Shown: in pieces, positions 14,811 to 28,249 of the stretch | Numbering within the stretch: position 1 is the stretch's first letter | How the letters are laid out: each line of letters opens with the position of its first letter | Source of the DNA: Eledone cirrhosa | Lineage: Eukaryota | Direction of reading: 5' to 3' | Assembly: GCA_964016885.1 (NCBI GenBank) | Contig: OZ024744.1 | Span: 113,336,001-113,400,000 of the forward strand | DNA: 64,000 bases | The notes under the pieces: model-generated | What the model was told of the DNA's origin: nothing | What the model saw: the letters and a program-made list of their open reading frames with translations, nothing else | Databases searched by the model: none | Made by a program: the position numbers and the translations under genes

Positions 14811-15084
14811 TTGTTTCTACTTTTGGCACATGGCCAGCAATTACCCAGAGCATTACTGGTACTTTATTTTATCGACCCAGTAAGGATGAAAGGCAAAGTT
14901 AACCTCGGCGGGATTTGAACTCAGAATGGCAAGGGCCGTAACTCTATACATCAAAGCATGGCATCCAACCCTCTACCGATACTGCCAATCCACCGCCCTT
15001 ATATAATAATAATAATAACGTCTAACCCATGCTAGCATGGAAGAACGAACGTAAAACGGTGATGATGATGATGATGATGATGAA

Positions 15085-17910
15085 TAATGATGTTTTCTTC
15101 ATTAACCATGAGGGTTGACATAAAGTATAACATTAAGGACAGCACAGGACGTTACAGGACAGCACAGGATGGTACAGGACAGTACAAATGGGCATTTCTG
15201 CATGTAAAGAAAAAACAAAGAAAATGACAAAAAAAAAACAAAGGAAAATTTCCCAATAGGTGGGAGACTTCTGAGGGACACTCGTGGAGAAAGCCCATTA
15301 AAAAAGCCACTGTAACCCTGACCACCAGGACAAGTGCCCTCTCCCAGTTTATGACCTCCAATTTACAGGCGCATGCTCTTTCAACAAAATGCTGGGAAGA
15401 GAGCACTTCCCTCTCCACTCTGGTTTTTCTTTTCAAATGAAATTTTAAAAAGTTAATCAGGGCATCACCGAAGAGGTAAGTGTTCATTTCCAGCCCTTTC
15501 AAATGCATTCACCACACAACCTCTTTTGCCTGGCCACCAGACAGATAAAAACTGCCTGCCCTCCCTGGCTAAAGAAAAACAACGGGGCAATCCTCACGAT
15601 GGACTCAGCTGATAGCCGGATCCATCCTACGCACAACATCAGATGTTTGACATAAACCCACAAGTCAGCAATGCTCGGAAACTGGACGAGTGTGTGCAAG
15701 ACGGTTTGTCGTCCTGCTCGCATCTCGGACAGGCCCAGCTGATGGCACTTCCATGTCTGTAGAGTTTATCCCGAACTGGCAAAGCTCCTCAGTAGCACTG
15801 CCAGGCCAGGGATTTCTGAAAGCTCTCCTGAAGAGATTGGCTAGTTGATTTTCGTTGATGCCCAGAGTCTCCCCAAGGACATCGTCGCTCTTTCCCTCCA
15901 CTAACCCTCTATAGAACGACAAGGTGGAGTTTCTACCGATCGTATTGCCCGACCGGTCGAGAGCTGTGAGCACCTGAAGACATTCCAGTCTCCAAGCGCT
16001 CCCTCTCGGTCTTCGCTTGACCCAGGACTGCAGCTCCGTCAAGGAGACGAGCTGGGGAAACACGCGTCTAGTAAATGGTGACCACACCTGATCACCGTCG
16101 AGGAAGAGGTGGAGGTGCCGTAGCCTGAACGCATATCTGCGCATCATAAGCCACAGCATACCCAGCCCTCCACGTAGCGGGTGTTGACAGTAAATGGACC
16201 ACCTGACCATCGGAGCACGTCCCTTCCACAAAAAGCGAAAGAGCAAACGCTCCAGCTCAGTCAGGCGAGGCTTAGGACAAGGCACGACGGTCAGGTGGTA
16301 ATAATAATAATAATAATGGTTTCTGGCACAAGGCCAACAATTTTGGGGTAAAGGGAAAGTCAATCAAATCAACCCCCAGTAATGCACTGTTGAAGGGTGG
16401 TGGATTGGCAGGATCAGTAGAGGGTCAGACGCCATGCTTTGCGGCATTGAGTTATGCCCCTTTACAATCTGAGTTCAAATCCCACCGAGGTTAACTTTGC
16501 CTTTCATCCTTACGGGGTCAATAAAATAAAGTACCAGTAATGTACTGGGGTAATTGCTGGTCTTATGCCAAAAGTAGAAACAATTATTAAAGGCCCTAAA
16601 CCGAAAGTCCTCTGAAACAGACTGGTCAGTTCATTATGGTCAATGCTAAGAGTCACCCCTAGAACATCGTTGTACTTGCCCATCACTAGTCCTCTATAGA
16701 ATGCTAAAGTGGAATTTCCACAGACTACATTGCCCAACTGGTAGAGGGCTGTGAGCACCTGGCAACATTCCAGATAATAGGTGCCTAGTCTTGATCTTTG
16801 CTTGACTGCAGTTCTGTCAAAGAGAAAAGCTGCAGAAAGATGTGCCTCGCAAACAGCAGCCACACCTGTTCATCATTTAGGAATATCTGCCGTAGCCTCA
16901 GTGTATGTTTGCGCATCATCAACCATGGCAAGCTCACCCCTCCAAATAGAGGGCGCTGGCAGTAGATGGACCTCCTGGCCAGTGGAACCTGTCCTTTTCA
17001 CAAAAAATGAAAAAGCAGACACCCCCAATCTAGTGAGGTGTTGACTGGAGCAAGGCACAACAGTCAGGTGGTAATTGATGTTGGATGCAATATTCATCAG
17101 CCTGACCTTTCAGAGACAGCTTCCTCCTGATCCATTTCTGTGTGAAAGTGACCATCCTGCTCATTACCTCAATCCAGTTCTTGTCCACCTAGAGTCTGGT
17201 CCTAACCTAACCCCAAATAACTTCACAGGTCCGTCTGTCCAGCATCTCATGATGCTGTTGAACGGCATGGATTTGCCTCGCCAGGTACTGAGCTGCAAAC
17301 CCACCAACTTATCCAGGTTGATTTTTGCTCCTGTCAACCTTTCATATTGCTCTCAGAAGTTGCCAACCACTTCGATTTCCAAGGTATTCGATACTATCAC
17401 AGTGGCATCATCCGTATATGCTGACACAACACTTCCATGTTCCTGTTTGAGCAGGATACCCTGCGACAGCTCCAGCTTCTAAAGTTATGGCTTGATAGTC
17501 TGTATGGTCTGAGCATGTGATCTTGAATGGTTCCGATGGGTGGCCAATTACTTTGACTACTGAGCAGATGCCACTGTGCATTGCAATGATTCAGCCTCTG
17601 AAGATAGGATTGAAGTTGGCTGCCTTGAGGACAGCCTCCAGATATTGAAGGTCAACCCTATCAAAAGCTTTTGATTGATCTAAATTGATCAGAGCCCCAA
17701 CAAAGCCATGTTTACTCCATACCCTCTATATGATGCATTGCATGAGGTGGAGGTTATCATGTATGAACCTGGTCAGGAATGCACACATTTGTGCCTCCCC
17801 TATCAGGCTCTCAATGACAAGTGCCAGCATCATTGATAGCACCTTAGCCAAAATCTTAAACTCTGTGTTTAGCAGAGTTATGGGCCTGAAATTATCAATA
17901 ACAACCCCTA
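15085..17910 (-). mobile_element. Decayed Tx1/L1-like LINE fragments (two copies, same family as 8455-9928), split by a SINE
   Basis: ORF 15665-16363 is homologous to 8509-9189. The minus strand reads NFRPITLLNTEFKILAK (~17850-17900), LDQSKAFDRV (~17650-17690) and AYTDD (~17410). Confidence 0.8.
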
Positions 17911-18799
17911 GATCTCATCTTTCCTCGTCAGAATTACAACACCCTGACTTTACAGAACTGGGAATTCTTTCATTTTACTGCAAGTTGCATTCATAGACAT
18001 AAAAGAACAAATCTGGAATGTCTACATAAAACTGGACAATTTGCCTCATACAGCTCTATTTTCTCTATTGCTACTTCTTTACTAAAAGTGTCATACCATC
18101 TGCCTGTGTGCAAGGAAGCAGGAAACCCTTAGTAGTTCTTCTTCGGGTGGCGAAACACTCTCCCATCTCTACATTTGAATCTGGAGTTCTGCCGAGTTTT
18201 CCAGTGGGTTTTTGTCATCACTAAGTTACTGACACCAATCCTAGGAGCAGATTTCTTATACCATTTGTTGAATGTTAAACACAACAGACAGGTTGATTCT
18301 ACTACTGGCCTTAATGTATCAGCACTAGGCACCCTCCCTCAACCTTCTTTTTTTGAACCCTGTGTAGTCAGAAAGATATTATGCTATTCTGCACGGATAC
18401 CCTAACATCATACACCGTGTGTTTAACAATTAGTCTTTGACCACAGTGTTATGCATGATATTGTGACTGAGGGCCCTGCGGTTTCTTCCAAAACATGGTG
18501 ATTGACTTTTGATTGCACTAAGATCGCTAAAGCGAATTGATCATATGTTAGAACTGCCATTATTCATCCATCCAGTAGCCATTGGTCTTTACCCCAATCA
18601 GTTTCTTAACACATGCACAAAACCCAATAAGTATCCTGTGCCTCACATACATACATGGAGTTAGGGTCTTTTTGAAAATCAACTTTTTGAATGCTTTGCT
18701 TGGTTTGGTGTATCATCAACCCCAACAAATGCCTTTTCAGTGTTTCTTCTCTAGATTTTCTGTGAGACCACACCAATGAACAAGGAATCCGCCTTCTAC

Positions 18800-21275
18800 A
18801 CATCATCATCATCGTTTAACATCTATCTTCCACACTAGCATGGGTTTAGACAGGAATTGTCCCACTTGAGGCAAGATTGGTCGGGTGACCGTGTCTTGCT
18901 CATATAGGACTATCTGGCAGGTTTTCTACAGCTGGATGCCCTTCTTAACACCAACCACATTTACAGTGTGGAACTGGGAACCTTTTACCGTGTTACCTAC
19001 ACAGCCACATTACAGCGTGGCTTGTGTTATTTTGTCGTGACATCTACACGAGCTCTTTAGTGTGGACTGGATATTGTGGTACCAATGTAACTTTACAGAG
19101 AGAGGGTGGTGTTGGTGGGAGTGTGTGTGTGTGGGGGGGGGGGTAGAGGTAGAGGATGGGGTGTATATTTGGTTAAGAGGTGCCTACTGACTGTAGGTTT
19201 ACTTTGTACTTAGGCAAGGCGCGTCTTCTGTATTACTGCATAGCGCCAAAGATCTCGGTCAAGTGACATTGTCTTAGAGAGGTGCAAGTGTGTAAGGTCG
19301 GAATTTATCAAATCGTCCCAGGTTTTTCTGGATCTGCCTACTCTGTAACTTCCATCAATTTTGATCGCCCTGCACTTTTTTATACAGCTGTCATCTTTCA
19401 TGCGCATCACGTAGTCATACCAACATAGTCTTCTCTCAAGTAAACAACATCTGATCCCTCTTATTCCTAATTTCTCACTTAGTTCATTCATGCTTTGCCG
19501 TTCGCGTATTACACATCCAGCGGAGCATGCAAGCTTCGTTCCTCTCCAGTCTGCATATATCCTCTGCTCACAATGCCCATGTCTCACTGCCATGTAGCAT
19601 TGCTGTTCGTATACAGGCATCATACAATCTGCCTTTCATTTTTAGAGAGAAACCTTTTGTGGCCAACAGCGGTATAAGCTCTCTGAACTTTTTCCATCCC
19701 GTTCTGACTCTGGCTACTGTACTTTCAGAGCACCTTCCACCACTGCTGATTTTGTCACCTAGGTAACAAAAAAGTGTCCACTATTTCTACAGAACCACCT
19801 GGGCAGTAGAAGGATATAGTATCCTGTGGGCACTTGCTAATTATTGCACCTGAGCATTGGTCACATATAAAGTCTACGTTCTTAGATAGCTTACCTGTGA
19901 TCTCACTACATTTTTTATGTACCTATAGTTTGCATTTAGGACATAAAATGGAATTTCTGCCTACTCCTTTCCTACACACTGAGCATGGCCATTTCCCAGA
20001 GGGGACCTGTGCCCTATTTTCCTTCCTACAAACTAGAACTTTAGTCTTAGACAAGTTAACTTTAAGGCCTTTTTATTCTAGGCCATGCTTCCATGTTTGG
20101 AATTTCTTCTCTAGTTCAGCCATCGATTCAGCTATGAGAGTTAGATCATCTGTCTATAGAAGTTCCCATGGGCAGCCAGTCTTGAACTCCTCTGTTATAG
20201 CCTGAAGGGCAATAATAAATAGGAGGGGGCTAAGGACAGAGCCTTGATGGACACCAACTTTTACGCTAAATTCTTCACTACATTCGTTGTTAATTCTAAC
20301 CTTGCTGACTGTTTCTTTATACATGGCTTGTATAGCTCTCACAAGCCATTCATCAACACCTAGTTTTCTAAGAGCCCACCAGATAATGGAGTGGGAGACT
20401 CTGTCAAAGGCTTTCTCCAAGTCAACAAAAGCTAAGTATGGGGGTTTACTTTTAGCTAGGTACTTCTCCTGTAGTTGTCGTACAATGAAAAGAGTGTCTG
20501 TGGTACTTTTACCTGACACAAACCCAAACTGCATTTCATCTAGATCAATTCACTCTCTGATTAGTTGCACTATAACTCTTTCTGTGACCTTCATGACCTG
20601 GTCAACTAACTTAATGCCTCTATAGTTTCCCCTATCTAGGGCATCTCCTATACCCTTGTAGCAGTTAATGATGATGCTGCTATGCCAGTCATTTGGAATG
20701 ACCCCATTCTGTATTACTTGGTTAACTATACGGGTGACCATAGTATGTCCCACCATTCCAGATGCTTTCAACAACTCAGCAACTATCTCCAAAGGCCCAG
20801 CTGCCTTGCTTGTCTTCATATCTTTGATTGCCTTACTTATTATACTACCTTTAACTTGGACAGCTAGTCCTTCTATTGGATCGATTTAGGGCAGACTATC
20901 TTTTTCCAAATTATTCTCCTCATTTACTAGTCTCTCGTAGTGACACTTCCAAGCTACCTTCTTATCAGTATCAGTGAGGGCAAGTACACCATCGCCATTA
21001 CGGCCACACTTCTCTCCGACAATATCATGGTTTTCCTTGACACATTGTCTTGCAATCCTGAACACCTCACGTTTTTGGTCCTTGCGTTGTAGAACATGCT
21101 TGAACTTTCTTTCCTCTGCTTCCCTTCTTGCAAAGTATACTTGTCTCCTAGCTTCTCTTCTAGCCACTTGATAGAGTTCTCTACTTCCCCCATCCTGCCA
21201 TACTTTCCAAGCCTCCTTTTTGGCCTTGATTGACTCCTCCACCTTACTGTTCCACCACCAAGTTACTCTCCTCCT
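18800..21275 (-). mobile_element. RTE-clade LINE, 5'-truncated, with 3'UTR and (GAT)n tail
   Basis: NYRGIKLVDQVMK, QFGFVSGKSTTD, FVDLEKAFDRV, GVHQGSVLSPLLF, CPWELL; tail AGAAGGGCATCCAGCTGTAGAAA. Confidence 0.9.
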
Positions 21276-21717
21276 GCCTATAGGTCTACTCCAGTCACAA
21301 CAAAGTCATTTTAGACTTCTTCACTCCTACATCCTTGAGGAAAGTATGTGAGTTCCTCAGCCTCATAAATTTTTACCGCTAGTTGATTCCTCGCTATGCA
21401 GAGATTCTCCAACCGCCAGCAGACATCCTATAGCAGTGTAAATCAAAGAACCAATTGCCTTTCTTAAAATCAAGAGGGCTTTAGCGGATGTTGTTATGTT
21501 GGTTCATCCCAAACCGAATGCACCGCTCTGTCTGTTCATCAATGCATCAGATGTCAGGGTTGGTGGTGTTCTGCAACAATGTGTAGACCATGCATGGCAG
21601 CCGATTTCTTTCTTCTCTAAGCACTTCAAAGCAGCTGAAACAAAATACAACACATTTGGTTGCGAACCTTTCGTAGCACACTTCAGTGTGAGACATTTCC
21701 GGCACATGTTAGAAGGT

Positions 21718-22066
21718 TCATCATCATCATCATCATCATCATTATTTCATTTTACGTCCACTTTTCCCTGCTTGCAAGGGTGGGACGGGAACTGATTCTG
21801 GCTTGATTTCTACAGCTGGATGCCCTTCCTAACACCAACCTCATTTACAGTGTGTGCTGGGTGCTTTTTTTCCGTGGCACCTACACAACCACTTTGCAGT
21901 GGAATGATATGGACCCCAGTCCCTATCATCTCATTTCTACAGCTGAGTAAACTGGAGCAATGTGAAATAAAGTGTCTTGCTCAAGGAAACAACACATCAC
22001 CCGGTCTGAGAATTGAACTCACAACCTTTCGATTGCAAGGCCAATGCTCTAACCACTAAGCCATGT
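21718..22066 (-). mobile_element. tRNA-derived CORE-like SINE with an RTE-type tail (family B); further copies at 23683-23990(-) and 60895-61150(+, 5'-truncated)
   Basis: A-box TGGCTTAGTGG, B-box GAGTTCAATTC, CCTTGAGCAAGACACTT core, AGGAAGGGCATCCAGCTG tail and (GAT)n. Confidence 0.85.
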
Positions 22067-24258
22067 GCCTCCATCTGTTCTGTTTTCTATTTACACAGAC
22101 CATAAAATCTCTCATGTACGCTTCATATTCCAAGCCTGACCGCCACTCACCCAGAGAAATGTGCCAACTGGATTTTATATCCCAGTATACAACAGATATT
22201 CTCCATATTAAGAGTTTCAGACAACTCTGTAGCCCTTTCTCGCGCACACTTGGGTGCACTGCACACCTCTTTTTCCATCAGCCTCTAAGATATTGCCGCC
22301 TCTCAACAGACGGACGGGGAACTTCTCAAACTCCGAAATTCTTCTTCTTCCTCCTTGTCTTTCAAACTCTTCCTTCTACCTATTTCTCCTGGTTGTATTT
22401 GGTGTGATGTATCTACGGGTCACCACTACAGCATCAATGGTCGATCTCTTCTGCGCTACTCAACCTATCGCATCCTGATGCCAACTCCACACTGAAGTTA
22501 ATAATAGCCTGGTTTGTCTGGGAATGGGCCAAACGTTGAGTCCAGTGTCAGAAGGCAAAACTTCATCACCATGTCAGAACTCCTCTGGGAACCTTCACAA
22601 CACCAGATACACGTTTCCAACATGTATACATCAACATAGTTAGTACACTGCTTCCTTCTCAGGGTTGTACTCACCTTTTGCCCTGTGTGGACAGATTTTC
22701 CCAGTGGCCTGATATCCACCGAATCTATTGCCAAGGTGCTAGTACAGCATTGGATTTTGCTCCATCACAATGGTCAGAGGAGGCCTGTTCAAATCAAACC
22801 TTTTCTGTCCTTCTTTCTCTCCCCTCTCTTCCCTCTTGACCATATATGCCAAACACTGAAACCTTCATCCATATCAATGATCAAAGGATAAATTGTTCCA
22901 CTTCATAGCACGCAGATTGATAATGTGAAACTCTTTACCCCCATCCCCTCTCTCTAACTTACTTTTATCCTCAACATACATATGTGTATTTTAAACTTTC
23001 TGAAAATGTGGGATAAATAATTCAGTATTTCATATGATTGAACAATATATATTGTAGTCAGCACATGTAGACTATTATAATAGGCAGAGAAACATATGTT
23101 AAAGTCAATAAATTCTTACTCTCCTTTCTCCCCGAAGTCTATATTTTTCTTGGTCCAATACTTGCTTATATATACACCTTGACAAATGTAGAAACATCAA
23201 CCAACATATTACTGTTACTATTAAAGCTAGAGATAGAAATGTGGGCTATTTAAGAATTAAGGAAGCCTTGCTCATATGTAGACTCAACCCACAAATAAAT
23301 AATAGATTAGAACTCAGCATAACACTTAACATAAAAAGACTCACCCACAGGCACACAAACTAAACATCTCATGCTAAATAGAAAATTGATTTCATGAAAT
23401 ACTATATTGGCAATTGACGTCATTCTCATGAATAGTGGAATAACCATAAAAAAAACTCTTGAAAATAACTTGGAAAAAATTTAAATGAAAATCTAATCCC
23501 AAAGAGAGGAAATTGGAACATTATCCTCTGAAAGTTCCTTAAACCTGAAGAAGGGACTTTTAGGAGCCGAAAAATTGGACAGAAAAAAGAACAATAATAA
23601 CAAAAACTTACTTTTCATAACCTCATCTTACAGTCCATTTTGTATCGTTTAGCCTGCTATCTCTTTCAATCATTTCATTTTTATCATTTCATTTTATGTC
23701 AGCTTTTCCCTGCTTGCAAGGGTGGGACGGGAACTGATTCTGGCTTGATTTCTACAGTTGGATGCCCTTCCTAACACCAACCTCATTTACAGTGAGTGCT
23801 GGGTGCTTTTTTGCCGTGGCACCTCCACGACCACTTTGCAGTGGAATGATAGGGACTCCAGTCCCTATCATCTCATTTCTACAGCTGAGTAAACTGGAGT
23901 AATGTGAAATAAAGTGTCTTGCTCAAGGAAACAACACATCACCCGGTCTGAGAATTGAACTCACAACCTTTTGATTGCAAGGCCATGTGCCTCCATGTGC
24001 CTCCTTTCAATGTTATATGTATATGTTTTGCAAGGTTTTCGATATGAAATCGTGTGTTGAAACAAATATTGTTATATTTGGGGAGGGTCATATTGTTATA
24101 ATATTGCCAGAAATGTATAATAAAACACACTCACTGTTTGGTTTAGGTTGGTTTCCGCTTTTGTATGTTTTATATGCCTCTAGTTAATTTAGCTGACAAT
24201 CAATGTTTATCATTGATTTACCAACTGCTAAAAAATATATATAAATATATATATATAA

Positions 24259-26226
24259 TCTCTCAGAGTTCTTTTGTCACACTCCTGTGACAACAGTGGT
24301 ACTATTATGTTTCCTCCCGTTGTATTGTAATGTTTACTTATTCTATTTCTATTTTTTATCTATTCATTTATTTATTGTTGTCCCTGTTTGCACATGCATT
24401 TGTCTGGGTGTTTTCTGTTTGGTGTGTGTTCGTGTGTTCGTGTCTGAGTCTATGTGTTTGTATTCTATCTTTGGTCATTAGTGTGTGTTTATGTGTGGTT
24501 GTTGTACCTATATTTATTTATTTATATTTATCTTAGTTCACTATTGTGTGTTTGGGTATGGTTGTTGTTGTTATTCCATTCATGTTTTCTGTTCAACTTT
24601 GGTTTTCTAAGTTCTATTTCACCCGCTTCTCTGATTTGCCTACCTGTTGGGACATTTCTATGTTTAGATATTATTTTAATTTCTATGTTGTCTATATTAC
24701 CATCATGTTTTTGTCTGGCATGTTCGTATAGTACCAAACTGTCTTTTTGTCCTTTTAGTTCCCCCCAGTGTTGGTCTATTCTTTCTCCTATGCTTCGAGC
24801 TGTCTCACCTATGTATGTTGTTGTCATGTTTCTGCAAGTACCCTCTGTACATCTTATGCTATAGACTACATTTCTAGTTTTACAGTTTATCTGGGGGTTC
24901 ATTTTACATATAACACATTTCTTATTAGTACAGTGGGTTTTCTTAAAGGGGTATGTTTTCTGATCAGGGATTTTATGGTAGTTCCTGGCTTTTCTACCAC
25001 CTTAATCTTTAGATGCGTCTTCCTTATGGCCTTTCTAAATTAGTTAGCAAATTCACCTCCAGGGGTTGCATCCATGAAGTGGCTTTCCCTATCTGATGTT
25101 TAGTCCTATCTAAGCTATTCCATGATTTGCTCCTGTATCAGGGGCAAATCCCTTTAATGTCCATTTCTATGAGGGTCTTATATTTCTCCGTGGCTCCTTT
25201 GTATACTCTGATTCTGTCTCTTTGGTTGTAGCCAGAGAACTGCATGCGGTTGATGAAGTGTTGGATGTGTCCTTCCATTTCAGTTGGGTCGCACATGCGG
25301 GACACATTCTTCATCACTCTTACCAAGTCTGCGATCAGGATATTAAACTTAGCACTACTGGACATTGCTGAGTTTTTGAGTATCAGGTATTTGGAGGCCA
25401 TGGGTTTAGCATAGTGTGATTGGAGAATTTGGGCCCTCTCATCTATAGTGTTTAACCTGAGTTCCGTGTCTAATACAGGTAGTCAACTGTTAGGGTATTT
25501 GGAAGGGTAGTCAATAGTTACTGTTATACTCTGGTGTATGGAGTTAGCTATCTGCTGGATACCCTCCATTGTGTTATTTTCTAACTCATGTTTATTAGTA
25601 CTCTCTTGTGGGGGTGTTCTTATTACTATATTAATATCAAGAGTACATGATGAGGTCTATGGAGCTCTCTTCAAGGAGTTCTCTGTGTCTCCTCTCCCAC
25701 CATAACATCATTAGATTGGCAACATCACCAGCTATGCTGATGCCAATGGCTGCTCCCTCATTCTGGGTGTAGATCTGTTCATTAAATTTAAACATACGGC
25801 CTTTTAGGGTAGTTTTAATACTAGCCCCTATTGCACGTGCGATAATTTTTCTCACCTGATCGTTGTTTTGGGTGTCTGTATGGCTTTGGTCCATCCATTC
25901 CATCCTCCCATGGGAGTCTTTTTAGTCATTGAGGTTATGGTAGGGGGTCTACCTCTTATAGGTCTACTGGGGCAGAAACCACTAAGGTCATAATTATTTA
26001 AATATCACTGTCATATGTAAGTCTAAGTAGGAGGTCCAGTTCATCTGTGTCAATGTCACAGAATTCTACTTCACTCTCACTGATTATTTCCACACATTTT
26101 TCCACAGAGACAACAATAAATAAATAAAAAATATAATAGAATAAGTAAACATTACAATACAATGGGAGGAAACATAAAAGTATCACTGATGATGTCACAG
26201 GTGTGGGGCGAAAGAACTCTGAGAGA
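24259..26226 (-). mobile_element. Penelope-like element (RT plus GIY-YIG), 5'-truncated, bounded by inverted pseudo-LTR segments (24259-24390 and 26104-26226)
   Basis: FNEQIYTQNEGAAIGISIAGDVANL (RT), NCKTRNVVYSIRC..YIGETARSIGERIDQH (GIY-YIG); the termini are reverse-complement copies. Confidence 0.9.
26183..26222 (+). ncRNA. Minimal type-I hammerhead ribozyme motif in the inverted pLTR
   Basis: TCA-CTGATGA-TGTCACAGGTGTGGGGC-GAAA-GAAC-TC-TGA. Confidence 0.7.
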
Positions 26227-26229
26227 CTA

Positions 26230-26425
26230 TCTATCTATATACTACTAAAACTCTGTGATTGCTTGCTTGCTTGTCTGTAATGTAATACAGCCAAAAGGGT
26301 GCATAATGGGAAAATACTTTGAAAGGAAGTTACCTCTGAAATGGGAATACAAATCGAATAAAACAAGTTTCGCGTAAATCGGAACATGGGTTCCCGAGAT
26401 ATGGGGTTTTCTGGGTACCTTCAAA
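26230..26425 (+). mobile_element. Possible 5' end of a non-autonomous Helitron
   Basis: TCTATATACTACTAAAACTCTGTG followed by (TTGC)n/GTCTGT, resembling the 5' end at ~48280(-); no 3' CTAG end found. Confidence 0.4.
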
Positions 26426-26536
26426 AATAGAGAGAGAGAAGGATAGAGAGAAAGAGATTGTGGTTGTGAGAGAGTAGATTGAGAGAGAAACATAGAGAGG
26501 GAGAAAGAAAATGGAAGAGAGAGAGAGCTGGTGGTG

Positions 26537-27090
26537 TTCATCATCATCATCATTTTATGTCTGCTTTTCCCTGCTTGCAAGGGCGGGACGGGTCCTACTT
26601 AGCACAGCATCTCTCCACTTGTCACGGTCCATCGTCATCTCCTCGGTGAGTTTCAGTGATCTGAGGTCTGCTCTCACCACCTCCGCCCATGTTTTTTGTG
26701 GTCTTCCTCTACTGCGTCTTCCTCCACTGGGACTTCCTGGCACTTCTTCACCCAGCGGTCATCCTCCAAGCGCATCACATGTCCATAACATCTCAGCTTT
26801 CTCGCCTGCACACCACAACTTATCCCTCTTATACCCAGTTTATTTCTTAACTCGTCCATGCTGGGTCGTTCACACACATTGACATTGCACATCCAACGGA
26901 GCATGATTGCTTCATTTCTCTCCAGCTGTCGCATATCCTCTGCAGTTGCTGCCCATGTATCAGTACCATGCAGCATTGCGCATCTCACACAGGCATCATA
27001 TAACCGTCCTTTCGTACACAAGGAGAAACCCTTCTTTGTCAACAGAGGAAGCAGCTCCCTAAACTTCTTCCAACCCGTCCTTATTCTAGA
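26537..27090 (-). mobile_element. RTE LINE 3' fragment with (GAT)n tail
   Basis: KGRLYDACVRCAMLHGTDTW..MLRWMC..RGRPQKTW. Confidence 0.85.
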
Positions 27091-28114
27091 TACTTTTAAA
27101 GATTAGGTTATCATACATATATTTTTACTACTGTCTTAGAAATAACATGAAAGGCTGATTTACTTTGTTTGTAGAATGTTCATACAATTTAGCAGATGGA
27201 TATAAGAGTAGATGTATAACCAAGAAGAATTGAGGTTAGGCTGTAAGTCTCAGGTTCTGTTGCTGCTGTGATAATACCTCTGGAAGGAATCTTTCCATAT
27301 CACATTTAAAGGCATGTTTTTATGTAATTTATTTACAAAGATTGAGCTGAGTAGAGCTGGCATGCCAAAACAAATGAAACAAACGAATTAAGATTTCAGA
27401 AGGCATGGTCTACTGGCTGAAGTGTTGGCCAGGCCATGGTTATATTGTTGTGTTACATATTGGCTAGTGATTTCACGGCGAAAGAAAAATAGTTGTTTAC
27501 CTTTCCACGGTCAAAGCTGTAAGAGAGAGAGATTTTTTGAGCTGACAGGAATTTTTCCTGCAGGGCATGTAGAGATACATTCTCCTCTGCTGGCGGCGAT
27601 TGGCTGAGCTGAGCCAAATAACGCACGGAGAATGTATCATTACGCCCAAGGAACATAGGTCACTACAATACTATGGCCTCAGAACACCCCCTCCCATGCT
27701 AATCTGATCACCTAGGTACCGGAAGCTATCAACCAATTCTATAGAACCTACCTGCATTGGAAAAATGAGTCTATCACAGCGATTACTACTGCCAACCGGT
27801 GACTTCAAAGAAATGAATACAGCATTACTGTATCCTGCTAAATAGAAAGGGTTTCTAAGAATGTGTTTGCATATGTGTGTGTGTGTATGTATATATATAT
27901 GTGCGTGTGTGTGTGTCTGTCTGTGACCGGTGTATATAGGTCACATACACCCGCACACACACACACACTCACACACACCACATATATAGATATAGATATA
28001 TATGTATGTATACACACACAATGTCAACATGAATGGACCTGTTATTTTTATCTAAAGACATTTTTTCCAATTCCATCCTGCCCATCCCTTCAGTCTATCT
28101 TATTTTTCATTCTT

Positions 28115-28150
28115 TCTTCTGATGAAGGACTAGCGTCCGAAATGTTAAGA
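28115..28150 (+). ncRNA. Minimal hammerhead motif (solo Penelope-type terminus)
   Basis: TCTT-CTGATGA-AGGAC TAGC GTCC-GAAA-TGT-T-AAGA: stem I TCTT/AAGA, stem II GGAC/GTCC. Confidence 0.7.
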
Positions 28151-28249
28151 CCCTCTTCCTGCTATTTCAAGCATTAACCTATTATATTCCTTCCATATAC
28201 TGTACCGATTGTGTTGTTATTTCTGTTTATGTTTTACATATATATATAG

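Larger units (their letters stand above)
17960..22760 (+). mobile_element. Highly decayed Gypsy pol remnants (protease/RT ~18130-18700, RNase H ~21290-21716, integrase ~22062-22760), interrupted by an RTE and a SINE
   Basis: PILGADFL; LFINASDVRVGGVLQQ..WQPISFFSK..ETKYNTF..HFRHMLEG; REMCQLDFISQYTTDI. Confidence 0.7.

Noticed and set aside
27170-27245. AG..GT-bounded candidate exon
   Set aside because: Stops in all three frames and no homology recognised.
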